A DNA stretch of 64,000 nt, taken from positions 64,001-128,000 of the IMG/VR virus record IMGVR_UViG_2595698952_000001; one strand, written 5' to 3'. The position numbers and the translations under genes were made by a program. Position 1 is the first letter of the stretch; every line of letters starts with the position of its first letter. This document shows, one piece after another, positions 9,183 through 19,849 of this stretch. The notes below the pieces were generated by a model. The model made no database searches, had not been told where the DNA came from, and was given only the letters and a program-made list of their open reading frames with translations. This DNA comes from a virus (Duplodnaviria > Caudoviricetes).

Positions 9183-12100
9183 CTAAGAGGACCACTCACC
9201 TAATGCGTTACCTGCCGCAGTCTGCTCACGCTTCAGCTCAGACAACACCCACAGCCAGGCTGTAGAAGTGAGATGGAAGGGGTTACGCTTCTCAGCCACG
9301 TACTGCGGGCTGGCGCTACGTAACTCCCACGCAGAGTCCTGTGTCAGTGTGGTGATGGTCGCCCCACTGCTGTCCAGCACGTTCAGACTGAACGACAAGT
9401 TCAATGTCTCACCATTTACGGTGTCCGCAGGTTTAAACCACAGGTACACCGCTTGTCCGGCACAGATAACCGTTGCATCAATTGCCGCAGACGGAGAACC
9501 TGCCCCGGCAGCCCAGCTTCGACCACTACCCCCATCTACGATACGAGACCCCAGAATAATCCCACCGGCCATAACCGGCCCGGTGATACTCCCGGTAATC
9601 TTCGCAATCGCTTTCGCCGTTGCCTTATCAGGACGCCAGCACAACATCACCGGTTCGCGGAACCGCATCGGGGTTTTACCGGCTGCCGTCGCTTTCGCCA
9701 CTGTCCAGTTAACCGGAAGTTTCCCTGCCGGGTACAGTAATGAACCGCGCTCGGCCCGTGAGGCATGGAACGGTAACCCCAGCTGCCCACGGTGTGAGAT
9801 TTCGGCATTACCTTGCCCACACGGCACGGACACCCATTCAGTCAATTCCCAGTTCACTGGTTCCCCATACGTTGTCGGGTCAACGACCTTTAACACATAC
9901 TCGGAATCACGAGTGTTGTCTGTACGCCGTTCGATATTGGTATCGACGTAGGCTTCAAACAAGGGGCGCAGGAACTGGTATTTGTCCAAATCGATTGCAG
10001 GGACGTTCGGGTTCATTAAGGCATGACCCACACGCAAACGCTCACTCGGGGCAAGACCATTGAACAGCACACCCACACCGTCACCCAGGAAGTACGAGAG
10101 TAAATCAAACGGCAGTTTAATCTCGACTTGCTGTTCACGCACCCCAGTAAAGCCAGGCTGACCACACAGGACAGACATACGCAAGATACCGGTAGTGACG
10201 TTATAACGGTAACGTACGGCCCAACGTGGGGAATACGTGCCGGTGAACGGCGCATTGGTTCCCAGGTCGACGTAATCCAGACAGTCGCCGGTTGCAATGG
10301 TGGTATCGGAAAGTTTGGTCACGGTAATCCCGCGTGTCACTTCCGTCAACCCAATGACTGGGATGTTGCCACTGTTACGCACATCAGGCGCTTCTTGCGC
10401 CGTACGACTCAAATACCCGTAATGGCACTTGAAGTCTTTCAACGAAATGCGCAACAGCTTACTGCTGCCCGGCATAGCGTTCTTTGCCGCGATCAGCACC
10501 AGGTACGGTTCTTCGGCATGAGCAACTGCCGCGGCGTTGTTCCCCACGTCAATGGTCAGTGTCCCTTCAAACGTCGGAGCGTTATTCTCTTTCGGGTTGA
10601 ACTGGGTGAACCAACACATCGGGTGATTACCAACGGTTTCGAACCAGGCCAAAATATCCGATGAACCGTTACCGGTGTGGTACCAGTCAATCATTCCGCG
10701 GGTACCGAAGTAAAGGTTCCCGTAAGAGTTGTTGGAGTTGTTCTTCGTGATAGCATGGTTGTACGGTTCCGGCTGCACTTTACCCAACATCTTAAACCGC
10801 GGGTTATCACTGAACGCCCAGTCACTGGCTTTAGAGCCGTGGGCTTTGCGTATCGCGATATGATCGGAGATTTCATCCGACGGCCCGAAGTCGAAGGTAG
10901 TATTAAAGGTAAGCGTACTGGCGGCACCCGGACTGTTAGGCAAGTCAACATACCCGATGAGGCCACGTTCGATATCCAAGTCCTGCGAGAGGATAGGCTC
11001 AGCACGCGAATACAACGAGGTGGTCAACATGTTCACGTACAGGTAATGACGCAGCCCGCCCGGTTTGGTCACGAACTCTTGCAGGTGCTCCAGACGTGTC
11101 TCTGTCCCGGACGTATACAACGGATAGATGTCATCGTAGATGTCGAACTGCAAGGCAGCGGCTTTCGCAGGGTCGTTACACTCTGCTTTAATCGCAATGC
11201 AGTGCTCTTCAACACCCAACGGTGGTTCAGCCACGACATACAGCGGTGAGTTCCCCGTCGCAACTTGTTCCCCGTTCAGGTACACGGTGATTTTACCGCC
11301 ACCGGCGATGTACATCTTAAAGGCACCGGTTGCTGATTTCAAACGCATCTTAGCGAGCACGGACACCACGGACAGATTCCCCATCCCGGTGGTCGACTTA
11401 CCGATTTGTTTTCCCTGAATTGCAATCGGAGGCTGTTCCGTCATCCCGGTAAAGGTCAACCCCGCACCGGTATTGACAACAGCCGCACTCCAGGTGTCCT
11501 CCATCTGGTTATCCGGAGAGAACCAGTTGAACATCGGAGTCGTCTGCAAATCAATTGACCCGGATACCACACCCTCTTTGCGTGTCCCGTCTTGCAGATA
11601 GAAATATTTCAAATCTGTGACAGACATGCGATAGGTGTTGAGTGTCCAGGTAGACGCATTCACCGCCGTAAAGTCGGTAACGGTACCGGACTTCGCATTG
11701 GCGAGGGCGGCTGCCACCACCGCTAAACGGTCAGACAAGGCTTTCAACACCGACGGAGTCACGCCACGACCCGCAGCCAACCCAGCTTGGTTCTTGGAAT
11801 AACGCCCAATCCCCTGGAGCTGTTGTGAGGCTTCGTAGATGTTCAGCTCTGACCAGTCATGGTGGTGTCCTGTCGGGCTGAGGTCTGTAAGCGCTTCACT
11901 GAGGTCATCAGACAGCGGTTTGTCGACGTCGGGGGTGTTGTTCGCATTCCCCAGTCCCAGGTCGGTCTTGGTCAGCGTACGACTACCATCGTCCATTGCT
12001 TTGTTGTTCAGCAAAGTCGATTTCAGCACGTATCCGCCCATGTCCGCTTCGTACCCCGTCAGGGAGTCAGGCGTTGCCGCCACTCCCGAGGTCTCTGTCC

Positions 12101-13352
12101 CTGGCCCTTTTTTCAGTTTGACCACACCTTTAACGGTAGTGGTCGCGTTCTGCGGCGTGACGGTGCCGGTGACCGGGTCGACTTTCGACCCTTTGCCCGT
12201 AAAGTTAATCCCGTTACGTCCTTCGATGTACACCTTGGTATCATCAGGGTCAGTCGTACCTCCGCCATCGTTCGGGTCTTGTTGGTACTCCATCAGTGCC
12301 GTGGTGGTCAGCAGCGTCACCCCGTTAAGGGTGAGTTTATCCATCCCCAACGCTGAACCCGTAGATTCGATGCGTAAAGTGTTGGTGCCTGCTTTCCATT
12401 CCATAAAGCGCACGGTGCTGTCACCCGAAACATACCCAGCGGCCAGAATAATCGAGCCGTTCGATTTCAGAGTAAAAGCATCAGTGGAGAACACAATCTC
12501 AGACTCACCCCCAGGCGAACGGAACAATGCCCGCGTCCCTGAGATGGTGGCATTGAAGACACCCTTGGCATCTTTCGATACCCACTTCGAGATGTACTTA
12601 TCAATGTCAGCCTGTTGCAACCCTAACGTACGAATCTCACTGGTGAGCTGCTGGAGTTTCTTTCCGTAGGCCAGGAAGGTATCCGGCGTTTTCAACGACA
12701 CCGGGTGCGCGCCATTCTGCGCCACCGTGGTGCTGTGTGGGTTTTTGGCTGCTGTGTGTGCCGGGAAGTTAAACGTCACAATCTCGTTGGCCAGTCCCTG
12801 CACTTCGGCTTTCAATGCGGTAAGCTTATCGCGAATCAAATCGTTCGCAGCACCCGCATCGACTTCTACATCGTGAACCGCAGAAGCCAGGTACTTCTTA
12901 TTCAGCATATCCGCCCAGGAGGTGGCTGCTGGGGTGGCCGGATACAAAGAGGGACGGTTAGCCAGTAGCAGGAAGTCCGCACTGGTCGGGTTGTTGATGT
13001 ACTTAATCAATTCATCGAGAATCTCAACGAAAGCATCGTAGAACGTACCCCCGAGCATTTGCCCTTCAAAGGACACCAAACCTTTGATTGTAGGGTTAAT
13101 CAGGTGCACCCCACAAAACACTGGGGTCGTTACCGAGTCGTCCAGCGCCGTTAGCGCATACTCCAGTTCGTAATCCACCCCGCGGGTCAGCGGGTTAGAC
13201 GAACCAGGTTGGCGAACCACCAACCCGTCGAAGAACGGGGAGTGGTCTAAGACCACCACCCGGTCGTTGGAGTTATCGGACTCGATGATACGTTCCTCAG
13301 TGAAGTGATTCTCGGTATTAGTGCCCCGAGGATCGTAAGGATACGTTTTCAT
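9183..13352 (-). CDS. Large tail fibre protein paralogue (1389 aa)
   Basis: MKTYPYDPRG...SPFF...RGVDY N-terminus; HTAAKNPH, ATTTVKGVVKL and LTKTDLGL..NNTPDVDKP motifs. Confidence 0.8.
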   Translation of the reverse strand: MKTYPYDPRGTNTENHFTEERIIESDNSNDRVVVLDHSPFFDGLVVRQPGSSNPLTRGVDYELEYALTALDDSVTTPVFCGVHLINPTIKGLVSFEGQMLGGTFYDAFVEILDELIKYINNPTSADFLLLANRPSLYPATPAATSWADMLNKKYLASAVHDVEVDAGAANDLIRDKLTALKAEVQGLANEIVTFNFPAHTAAKNPHSTTVAQNGAHPVSLKTPDTFLAYGKKLQQLTSEIRTLGLQQADIDKYISKWVSKDAKGVFNATISGTRALFRSPGGESEIVFSTDAFTLKSNGSIILAAGYVSGDSTVRFMEWKAGTNTLRIESTGSALGMDKLTLNGVTLLTTTALMEYQQDPNDGGGTTDPDDTKVYIEGRNGINFTGKGSKVDPVTGTVTPQNATTTVKGVVKLKKGPGTETSGVAATPDSLTGYEADMGGYVLKSTLLNNKAMDDGSRTLTKTDLGLGNANNTPDVDKPLSDDLSEALTDLSPTGHHHDWSELNIYEASQQLQGIGRYSKNQAGLAAGRGVTPSVLKALSDRLAVVAAALANAKSGTVTDFTAVNASTWTLNTYRMSVTDLKYFYLQDGTRKEGVVSGSIDLQTTPMFNWFSPDNQMEDTWSAAVVNTGAGLTFTGMTEQPPIAIQGKQIGKSTTGMGNLSVVSVLAKMRLKSATGAFKMYIAGGGKITVYLNGEQVATGNSPLYVVAEPPLGVEEHCIAIKAECNDPAKAAALQFDIYDDIYPLYTSGTETRLEHLQEFVTKPGGLRHYLYVNMLTTSLYSRAEPILSQDLDIERGLIGYVDLPNSPGAASTLTFNTTFDFGPSDEISDHIAIRKAHGSKASDWAFSDNPRFKMLGKVQPEPYNHAITKNNSNNSYGNLYFGTRGMIDWYHTGNGSSDILAWFETVGNHPMCWFTQFNPKENNAPTFEGTLTIDVGNNAAAVAHAEEPYLVLIAAKNAMPGSSKLLRISLKDFKCHYGYLSRTAQEAPDVRNSGNIPVIGLTEVTRGITVTKLSDTTIATGDCLDYVDLGTNAPFTGTYSPRWAVRYRYNVTTGILRMSVLCGQPGFTGVREQQVEIKLPFDLLSYFLGDGVGVLFNGLAPSERLRVGHALMNPNVPAIDLDKYQFLRPLFEAYVDTNIERRTDNTRDSEYVLKVVDPTTYGEPVNWELTEWVSVPCGQGNAEISHRGQLGLPFHASRAERGSLLYPAGKLPVNWTVAKATAAGKTPMRFREPVMLCWRPDKATAKAIAKITGSITGPVMAGGIILGSRIVDGGSGRSWAAGAGSPSAAIDATVICAGQAVYLWFKPADTVNGETLNLSFSLNVLDSSGATITTLTQDSAWELRSASPQYVAEKRNPFHLTSTAWLWVLSELKREQTAAGNALGEWSS

Positions 13353-13364
13353 TCAGAGTTCTCC

Positions 13365-16300
13365 TTAATCGCGGAAAATCGCCGCACGAGCTAAATTGTT
13401 TTGACAGTACGCAATCACACGTTCTTCATTAACCTGCGTCGGGATAGGCAACACGTTCACGTTCTGAACCAATGTCCGTTCCGCATCTGCGATGGTCATA
13501 GCCAGCGTTTCGAGCGTGCTGTCGCCCCCAACATAATTGAACTCCAGAAAACGGGCGCGGTTTAACACCGAGAAGTTTGCCAGGTAGTCCAGGAAGGTTG
13601 CGTTAAAGAACCGGGTGTAGGTCGTGTCAGTCGGGTGCGTCACGGTGGCGCGCGTAGACGCGTTGAACAGTCCACCCAGTCCTTGGTAAACCGGGGTCGT
13701 CGATTCTTTCCACAGCGCACTGATGTCAAGGTAATCCGGTCGGATACGGTTTGACAAATCGATGGTTTGGGTAGTTCCCGCTGCACGAGCGGTACACTTC
13801 ACCGTCTTCACCGCTTCACCCAAGGTTAACACAATGTCGTACACCAGACTTGCCATCGTCAGCACGCAAGTGATGGTCAGGGTACCGTCAATAGCCCGTG
13901 AGTTGCTAAAGGTTAATGACGGTGACAGCTCCGTCCAGGCAGGTGCGGGGGACGCAACACGCATGGGGGTAAAGCCGATGACCACGTTACGCCCTGCACC
14001 AAAGTTGATACCGAGACCGGCATAACAGAACAGGCCGTTACTGTCGGCAATACGGGTACCTCGACTCATCAGGATGGAGACACGGTTAAAGAAGTTGTCT
14101 TTATCGTGCCAGCCTGCAACGATGGATTCGAGCAGCGTGTTATAGCTCTGGTCGGCGAGTGCCCAGCTATGGGTAATCCCTGCGTTGCGATACAGCGGGA
14201 ACGTGTGGTGGATAAAGCGATAATCGTTCATCGTCACACCCGCAGGGTCAAACTCCCAACGGCTCGTCTGGCTGTCGTACAACATCCCCGACATCGGCCA
14301 ATACTGGTCAACCAACCCCATACGCCAATCGGCTTCACCACGCGAGGCATTCGGTACACCCGAAGACCAACACGGGCCCCCTTTCCCGTAACCTAACGTA
14401 TACCCGAAGTCTGCCATTGACATCGTCCGACGGATGTGGGCGTTGTCATTAGCCTTATGCTCCTCCAGTTCACGGTAATCACCGAGACGAGTCACGTTGT
14501 GAATCTCAGCAATCTCGATACCGTCCTCAGACGTATCAATCGTACCGACCTTCGTCATCGTGTCCGTTTCAGCCGTGTCTGGGTTGGCCAGGATATAGTA
14601 TTTCGCGGCCCCGTCAGCAATATCGACAAAGATACCAAAGGTGGTGTCTTCGTACGCGTCCGGGAAAGCCTCGGTTAAGTTCACGGTGGTAAGGGGGGCT
14701 TTGTATAGCTGACCCACGAAGTAGTTCTCTTCCGCAAGCGTGACCATCCAACCGGTGACCGTAGCCCCGTTTTGAATGATGTTACTGCCTGGCACCCCAA
14801 AGCGCAGGATATTGACAGAAGCGGCAGAGTCTACCCCTTTGGCCGTGGCTTCCAGCGTCCCAATACGGGTAGTCTGGTCAATCACCACCGAACCGTCGAG
14901 TGCCAGTGTCGCATTGTCGACGGCCAAGCCGTACTGAATCAACCCGAACTGGGTAGCCGTGGCGGCCTTCACACCGAAGACAGCCGCAGCGTGGGTGTGT
15001 CCGACTACCGCGTATTTCGCCATCTCAGCACTCTGGAGTGTTGAAACCGGCAAGTCCACGTCCGCGGTATTCACCACCTTATCCAAGTTAAAGGTTAACT
15101 TGTCGATAAACACAGAGCTGGTTAACGGCAGGTCATTGATGTACGCCTTCACTTTCTCGAGCTTACCGGTGAACATCGCATCCAACTTGGCAATCAACGC
15201 CGGGGTGGCTGCCAGGTCTTCCGCAGTACCGAAGTCATTGGCCAGTGAACGCATGGCCAAGATATTGACATCGGTAGAGGTCGGGGGCACGAAAGTACAG
15301 ATAAAGGGTACAGACTGTATCCCGTTCCCGTTGATGGTCACCGTTGCGGTATTCGTCCCGTAGAACAACCCATCATTACCACCGCCAGTTACACCCGGCA
15401 GGTATGGCCCTACCGTGGTTGGGTCGAGTAACTTCTTCCCGTTCCAGAGTAAGCCGCGGCTATCCGGGTAGAGAATCAGTTGGTTCGCCCCCGACTGGAA
15501 GGTGATCGGGTTGTTGCCCGCATTCACGGTCTGTGAATCACGACCCAGGAAACGAATGACTTTCGGGTCAACCGTAAACTGCGCACCAACACCACCCGTT
15601 TCTGTTGCCCCGGTAACAGACGTCACGGAGGTCAGACCCGGTTTGGTACCGAACGTACCGTTGATAGCCTGCGGGTTAGCCGAGTTACGCAACAGTTTGT
15701 TGGCGAGGTTACTGAGTTTCGGCAACAGGTTATTGATGTAATCGGCTAATTGGGTCTGTGTACGCCCATAGACGAGCGTTGCATCCGAGGCAATACCATT
15801 TAACTCCAATGCACGAATCGCGCCCCAGGAGTCGTTGTGTGGATTATCCTTGCGGGGTACGTGGGCGTGAGCTGGCGCATCATCGTAGAGTTTACGCACA
15901 ATCGCGTGATACTCTTTTAACAACGTCAGTACATCGCTACCGTCGGGCACGGTCATGCCAGGGAAAACAGCGTGACGCCAACTGTCACCTTTCACCACCG
16001 TAAACACCGTACGAACATCCGTACCGCGATGCAGAACAGCCAGCGTGTTGTTGGCCGCCATCGGTGCAACCAAGTTAGCCGGTGGGTTACGAAGGTCGAG
16101 GAGGAAGTCCATCTTCTTCGCACCGTTTGCATCGGTAACAATACAGTGCACCGTGTCGAGGTCGTAGTTACGATCCCATTGCACGCGGAACTTCCCAGCC
16201 ATAAACGATTTCGGGGCGGCGAAGCTGGCCACGGGATAGGTCGTGTTGCCAATAGACACATTCAGCGCCATTACTAACGTCGTGCTGTCCCACGCCAAGC

Positions 16301-17075
16301 CGATGTTCTGGAAAGGACTACCCCATGAAGCCAGAATCAACTGCTCCCAGGTCTTCGCGTTGGCGTTGGTGGCATAACCCGGCATGGTGTACGTGGTATC
16401 GTACTGGAAATTCTTCAGCAGATAATCGTTAGACGAATGGTACACCTGGATACCGCCAGCACTCTTGGCTTTATATCCCCCCTGCTGATCGTAATCAACC
16501 AACGACCGACCATTACTCATGAAGATGTCAGGGAACACCGGGGCATAGATGTTATTCAGATACGGGTCTGGAATCGGTGGTGGGGTACCAATCTTTTTAC
16601 CGATGGCCGTAATCGCTTCCATTAATTCCAGTTCACCCCGCCAGTTCTCACGATCGAACTGAATATCCACCGGTGGGAAGTAAACGTCACCAATAACCTC
16701 TTCCCACTGGCACTGACTTGGGAACTTGCCCGCATTCGCGGTACGCTCCGCGGTAATCTGTGCCTGGGTGGCAATGCCGTTACCGACTGCGTGGTAATCG
16801 ACTGTGAAGTCTTTGTAATACTTAGGGTTTGTTACCCAAATCATCCCGTGAGACACGTAGCCTGTGCGCAACATAGCCATCATGTACGGGTGAGTGATAA
16901 CGTAATCATCGCCTAAGGTTAAAACTTTGCCGCCGCTCTTGACCACCAGGGATGTGGTGTAAAAAGGGGCGTACGCGGGAACGAGCATCTTGTACGTCGT
17001 ACCAATCAGCGTCACCGCTTCACCGGTCTGCATGTTCCCCGGTTCTTTGAAGTGTGGGTCTAAGACGACAGCCAT
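13365..17075 (-). CDS. Large tail fibre protein paralogue (1236 aa)
   Basis: APFY...LGDDY N-terminus; HVPRKDNPH, NTADVDLP, HTH and ATATQFGLI motifs shared with neighbours. Confidence 0.8.
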   Translation of the reverse strand: MAVVLDPHFKEPGNMQTGEAVTLIGTTYKMLVPAYAPFYTTSLVVKSGGKVLTLGDDYVITHPYMMAMLRTGYVSHGMIWVTNPKYYKDFTVDYHAVGNGIATQAQITAERTANAGKFPSQCQWEEVIGDVYFPPVDIQFDRENWRGELELMEAITAIGKKIGTPPPIPDPYLNNIYAPVFPDIFMSNGRSLVDYDQQGGYKAKSAGGIQVYHSSNDYLLKNFQYDTTYTMPGYATNANAKTWEQLILASWGSPFQNIGLAWDSTTLVMALNVSIGNTTYPVASFAAPKSFMAGKFRVQWDRNYDLDTVHCIVTDANGAKKMDFLLDLRNPPANLVAPMAANNTLAVLHRGTDVRTVFTVVKGDSWRHAVFPGMTVPDGSDVLTLLKEYHAIVRKLYDDAPAHAHVPRKDNPHNDSWGAIRALELNGIASDATLVYGRTQTQLADYINNLLPKLSNLANKLLRNSANPQAINGTFGTKPGLTSVTSVTGATETGGVGAQFTVDPKVIRFLGRDSQTVNAGNNPITFQSGANQLILYPDSRGLLWNGKKLLDPTTVGPYLPGVTGGGNDGLFYGTNTATVTINGNGIQSVPFICTFVPPTSTDVNILAMRSLANDFGTAEDLAATPALIAKLDAMFTGKLEKVKAYINDLPLTSSVFIDKLTFNLDKVVNTADVDLPVSTLQSAEMAKYAVVGHTHAAAVFGVKAATATQFGLIQYGLAVDNATLALDGSVVIDQTTRIGTLEATAKGVDSAASVNILRFGVPGSNIIQNGATVTGWMVTLAEENYFVGQLYKAPLTTVNLTEAFPDAYEDTTFGIFVDIADGAAKYYILANPDTAETDTMTKVGTIDTSEDGIEIAEIHNVTRLGDYRELEEHKANDNAHIRRTMSMADFGYTLGYGKGGPCWSSGVPNASRGEADWRMGLVDQYWPMSGMLYDSQTSRWEFDPAGVTMNDYRFIHHTFPLYRNAGITHSWALADQSYNTLLESIVAGWHDKDNFFNRVSILMSRGTRIADSNGLFCYAGLGINFGAGRNVVIGFTPMRVASPAPAWTELSPSLTFSNSRAIDGTLTITCVLTMASLVYDIVLTLGEAVKTVKCTARAAGTTQTIDLSNRIRPDYLDISALWKESTTPVYQGLGGLFNASTRATVTHPTDTTYTRFFNATFLDYLANFSVLNRARFLEFNYVGGDSTLETLAMTIADAERTLVQNVNVLPIPTQVNEERVIAYCQNNLARAAIFRD

Positions 17076-17106
17076 GTTCTACTCCTATAATCGAGGGCGT
17101 CGAGTT

Positions 17107-17113
17107 CATACTA
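17107..17113 (-). promoter_or_regulatory. Putative late promoter (TAGTATG)
   Basis: Same heptamer upstream of four minus-strand genes (17107, 18727, 19843, 48270); phiKZ late promoters have a TATG core. Confidence 0.55.
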
Positions 17114-17141
17114 TGACCTGAACCCTTGGAGGAATAAGCCT

Positions 17142-18404
17142 GTGACTACTGCTTATCAAGTGCGGGCCGACAGCGCTTTTGGCTTCTCTCGAGACACCCG
17201 TACCTGGGTAGCCATTGACGTCACGCAGCCCTTAAATACCTTGTGCACGAACTACCAGTTTTTCGAAGTTGGGGTATCCGCACTCGAGAAAGATTACACC
17301 TTCTTTAGCCAGTACCATCTGGCTGACCTGCAAAACCGTACCGACACCTTGCAGGACTGGTTGAACAGCAAAGCCGGTACTGTTATCACCACCCTGAAAG
17401 CAGGCTTACCGGTGCTGGAGTTTGTCGAAGCTCATTACCAGTCGATTAATGCGGACATCGGCGTAGAGACCCATCTGTGTCCACCGGGTTATCACTATAC
17501 CCAGGACTTCGCCTTAGAAGATGCGCATGATGTGGTGATTGTGGCTGACGACCAGTGGAAAGACAAATACCGTAATGCGGTGTTGTACAACATCAACGGT
17601 CAATGGGTACCGCACCAGAACGATGCCGTGGGCGTGCGTTTAAACGGCGCAGGTAACATCGTAAGACGTGCAGGCACACCGGACATAGGTTGCCTTGTCA
17701 TGGACGGGATTGGGGCAGTCAAGACCTATCCTATCGCCAATCTGACGATGAACAAGCTCGACACCACCCGCGACTACTATTCTACGTTAATGTTATCCTT
17801 GCCGGACTCGATTACCGGCAAGACCGTGGGGTTTGTCCTGGGGGGTATTCTGCACTGGTTACCTCCGCAGGGTTATTTCAGTGACAAAGCGATTATGCTG
17901 TCACTTCCGAACTTTGACGTGGCGCAGACCGTGCTGGAAACCCGGAAGTATTACGACTGGGATGCTATTGGTGTCGGGGATTTAGCCTCACCCACCAACG
18001 TACAGCGTATCCGTAACCCAGAAACCCTGAAAGCGTTACTGACCCACGAATCCTCGTTTGTGTTTACCATCGACAACCCGTATCTCGAACGGGAAAAGGT
18101 GGGAGTAAGCCACAATGCAGTCTGGGGACGGTTCTACCTGAAAGACCCAGCCGATCCTGACGGGAAGAAGCCTTTAGGTTTCTTGCAAAACCGGTTCGGT
18201 AAGACGGTGGCCTATTGGCCGACGTGGGAAGAAGGGGAATGGGTGTTCAATACCACCGAGTATGACCGCGCTAATTATGTGTTCGTCAATGCTCGCTGGC
18301 AGAACCAGAACAAAATCAACGACGCGCAAGCTATCGTCGGGCCACAAGGTGCCTGGGTAAAAGTGTACGTTGAGATGCATCGCTTCAAAGCACGAAAAAA
18401 ATAA
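17142..18404 (+). CDS. Putative virion structural protein (420 aa)
   Basis: GGAGG RBS with GTG start; divergent from the fibre operon; resembles phiKZ-like structural proteins. Confidence 0.6.
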   Translation: MTTAYQVRADSAFGFSRDTRTWVAIDVTQPLNTLCTNYQFFEVGVSALEKDYTFFSQYHLADLQNRTDTLQDWLNSKAGTVITTLKAGLPVLEFVEAHYQSINADIGVETHLCPPGYHYTQDFALEDAHDVVIVADDQWKDKYRNAVLYNINGQWVPHQNDAVGVRLNGAGNIVRRAGTPDIGCLVMDGIGAVKTYPIANLTMNKLDTTRDYYSTLMLSLPDSITGKTVGFVLGGILHWLPPQGYFSDKAIMLSLPNFDVAQTVLETRKYYDWDAIGVGDLASPTNVQRIRNPETLKALLTHESSFVFTIDNPYLEREKVGVSHNAVWGRFYLKDPADPDGKKPLGFLQNRFGKTVAYWPTWEEGEWVFNTTEYDRANYVFVNARWQNQNKINDAQAIVGPQGAWVKVYVEMHRFKARKK

Positions 18405-18409
18405 GGATA

Positions 18410-18452
18410 CTCCTACTCCCGTTTCGGGGAGTAGGAGACCTGCTTTTTTTTT
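18410..18452 (+). terminator. Intrinsic terminator between convergent genes
   Basis: CTCCTACTCCC/GGGGAGTAGGAG hairpin plus T9. Confidence 0.8.
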
Positions 18453-18455
18453 CGC

Positions 18456-18665
18456 TTACTCTGCTTTGTAAACGATGGCGCTGCCGTGCTGCTGGTTGTT
18501 ACCAGAAATACCGATCACTTTGAACGCGTCGCCGCCAGCTTTCTCAGCTTCGACAGCCAGCTTTGCAGTTACGTCGTCAACAGTGCTACCGGTTGCAGTC
18601 ACATTACCGATTTTCTTGTAGTTCGCAGGAACGTCTTCGTTGCTTGCAATTTCTTTGATGCTCAT
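18456..18665 (-). CDS. DUF1471 (YdgH/BhsA/McbA-like) domain protein with no signal peptide
   Basis: KIGNVTATGSTVDDVTAKLAVEAEKAGGDAFKVIGISGNNQQHGSAIVYK fits the DUF1471 pattern. Confidence 0.8.
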   Translation of the reverse strand: MSIKEIASNEDVPANYKKIGNVTATGSTVDDVTAKLAVEAEKAGGDAFKVIGISGNNQQHGSAIVYKAE

Positions 18666-18726
18666 TTCCATATCTCCATAGCAGTGGGAGTAGAAAGACC
18701 CTATGTCTTAATACCGTACATCTGTG

Positions 18727-18733
18727 CATACTA
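18727..18733 (-). promoter_or_regulatory. Putative late promoter (TAGTATG)
   Basis: Repeated motif upstream of the DUF1471 gene. Confidence 0.45.
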
Positions 18734-18748
18734 ACGGGCACAAACTGT

Positions 18749-18788
18749 AAAAAAGAATACCCTCCTACCCGAAGGTAAGAGGGTTCTT
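18749..18788 (-). terminator. Putative terminator downstream of the spike gene
   Basis: AAGAACCCTC..TACC-TTCG-GGTA..GAGGGTATTCTT followed by a T tract on the minus strand. Confidence 0.6.
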
Positions 18789-18898
18789 CGCAACATCTTT
18801 TTTTGCTGAAAAAAGTGGCAACGCTTAACAAACGAGGGTTTGACCTCGAGAGTGAGGCATTAGGGGGTATGTTGCTATACTCATGGTGCTTGCCGTAA

Positions 18899-19825
18899 TT
18901 AATGCGGGGCGGATACGTCTTTACCGTCACCTTGTTCGGTGTGCGTGTGCACGGTGAACGTGATACCGTTAATGATTGCATCACTGACCGTGAACTTGCC
19001 AATACCGGTACCCTCGCCTTCGTACCTGAAGTCTTTGAGCACTTTAAGGTTGCCGGTGAACTCACCTTCCGCCCCGTCCATTTTCCACTTCGGTGTTTTA
19101 AAGGTAACGGATTCCGCAGCGTCGGTAATACGGACTTTACACTTCTCATTAATCGTCTGCGTTTCCAGATTGATGGAGCGCTTCGAGAACAAGAAGATGT
19201 CTTCTTTATTGATGTTGATTTTAGACAGCATCGGGTTCTCAAACCCAAGGTCATCTTCCACCGAGTTCATGTAGAACTTGTTACCCTTCTGGTCAACGCA
19301 CTGCCATGTCCCGTTGGCGTTGTCGAACTGGAACAAGAACGCAGCTTTCTCGCCGTTCAACATAGTGGTACGTAAAGTGATGTGTTTGTCGATACTCGAG
19401 ACGTTTAACACGTACGCATTCGACAGGTCATCCGCCATCTGGTTCTCAGGGTCAGCTGACCACGCATACACTGCATCTTCCAGACGCTTCACGTTGGCAA
19501 AGTTCAAATCAATCCAGAAGTAAATGTCGGTCTTCCCTAAACGGAGAATCAACACGTAATCTTCTTTCTTTACATCGGGGGGATTCACCCGGTTCGAGTT
19601 GAACTTCCACCACTTCGCGGTAATCGCGTTACCGGTCGTGACTTCTAAGTTGTCCATCGCGTTTTCGGATGCGTGCTGCTTTTCGTTCGGGGACTCAATC
19701 GATTGTACTTGAGTCGGGTTTACAAAATTGGTTTCGATAGGAATTATCTTGCATCGTTCGTTACCGCGGGGTTTATCTTCTGCCACGATACCGATCGAGA
19801 AGAAATCCACACTGGACTTTTCCAT
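18899..19825 (-). CDS. Baseplate central spike protein (gpV/gp138-like)
   Basis: OB-fold-like N-terminus, beta-helix-like repeats and C-terminal HTH iron-binding apex motif (VHTHTEQGDG). Confidence 0.75.
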   Translation of the reverse strand: MEKSSVDFFSIGIVAEDKPRGNERCKIIPIETNFVNPTQVQSIESPNEKQHASENAMDNLEVTTGNAITAKWWKFNSNRVNPPDVKKEDYVLILRLGKTDIYFWIDLNFANVKRLEDAVYAWSADPENQMADDLSNAYVLNVSSIDKHITLRTTMLNGEKAAFLFQFDNANGTWQCVDQKGNKFYMNSVEDDLGFENPMLSKININKEDIFLFSKRSINLETQTINEKCKVRITDAAESVTFKTPKWKMDGAEGEFTGNLKVLKDFRYEGEGTGIGKFTVSDAIINGITFTVHTHTEQGDGKDVSAPH

Positions 19826-19842
19826 ACAGCACTCCTCTTCGT

Positions 19843-19849
19843 CATACTA
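19843..19849 (-). promoter_or_regulatory. Putative late promoter (TAGTATG)
   Basis: Repeated motif just upstream of the spike gene RBS. Confidence 0.5.

Noticed and set aside
4035-16625. Many plus-strand ORFs opposite the fibre genes
   Set aside because: Antisense shadows of long, motif-bearing minus-strand genes.
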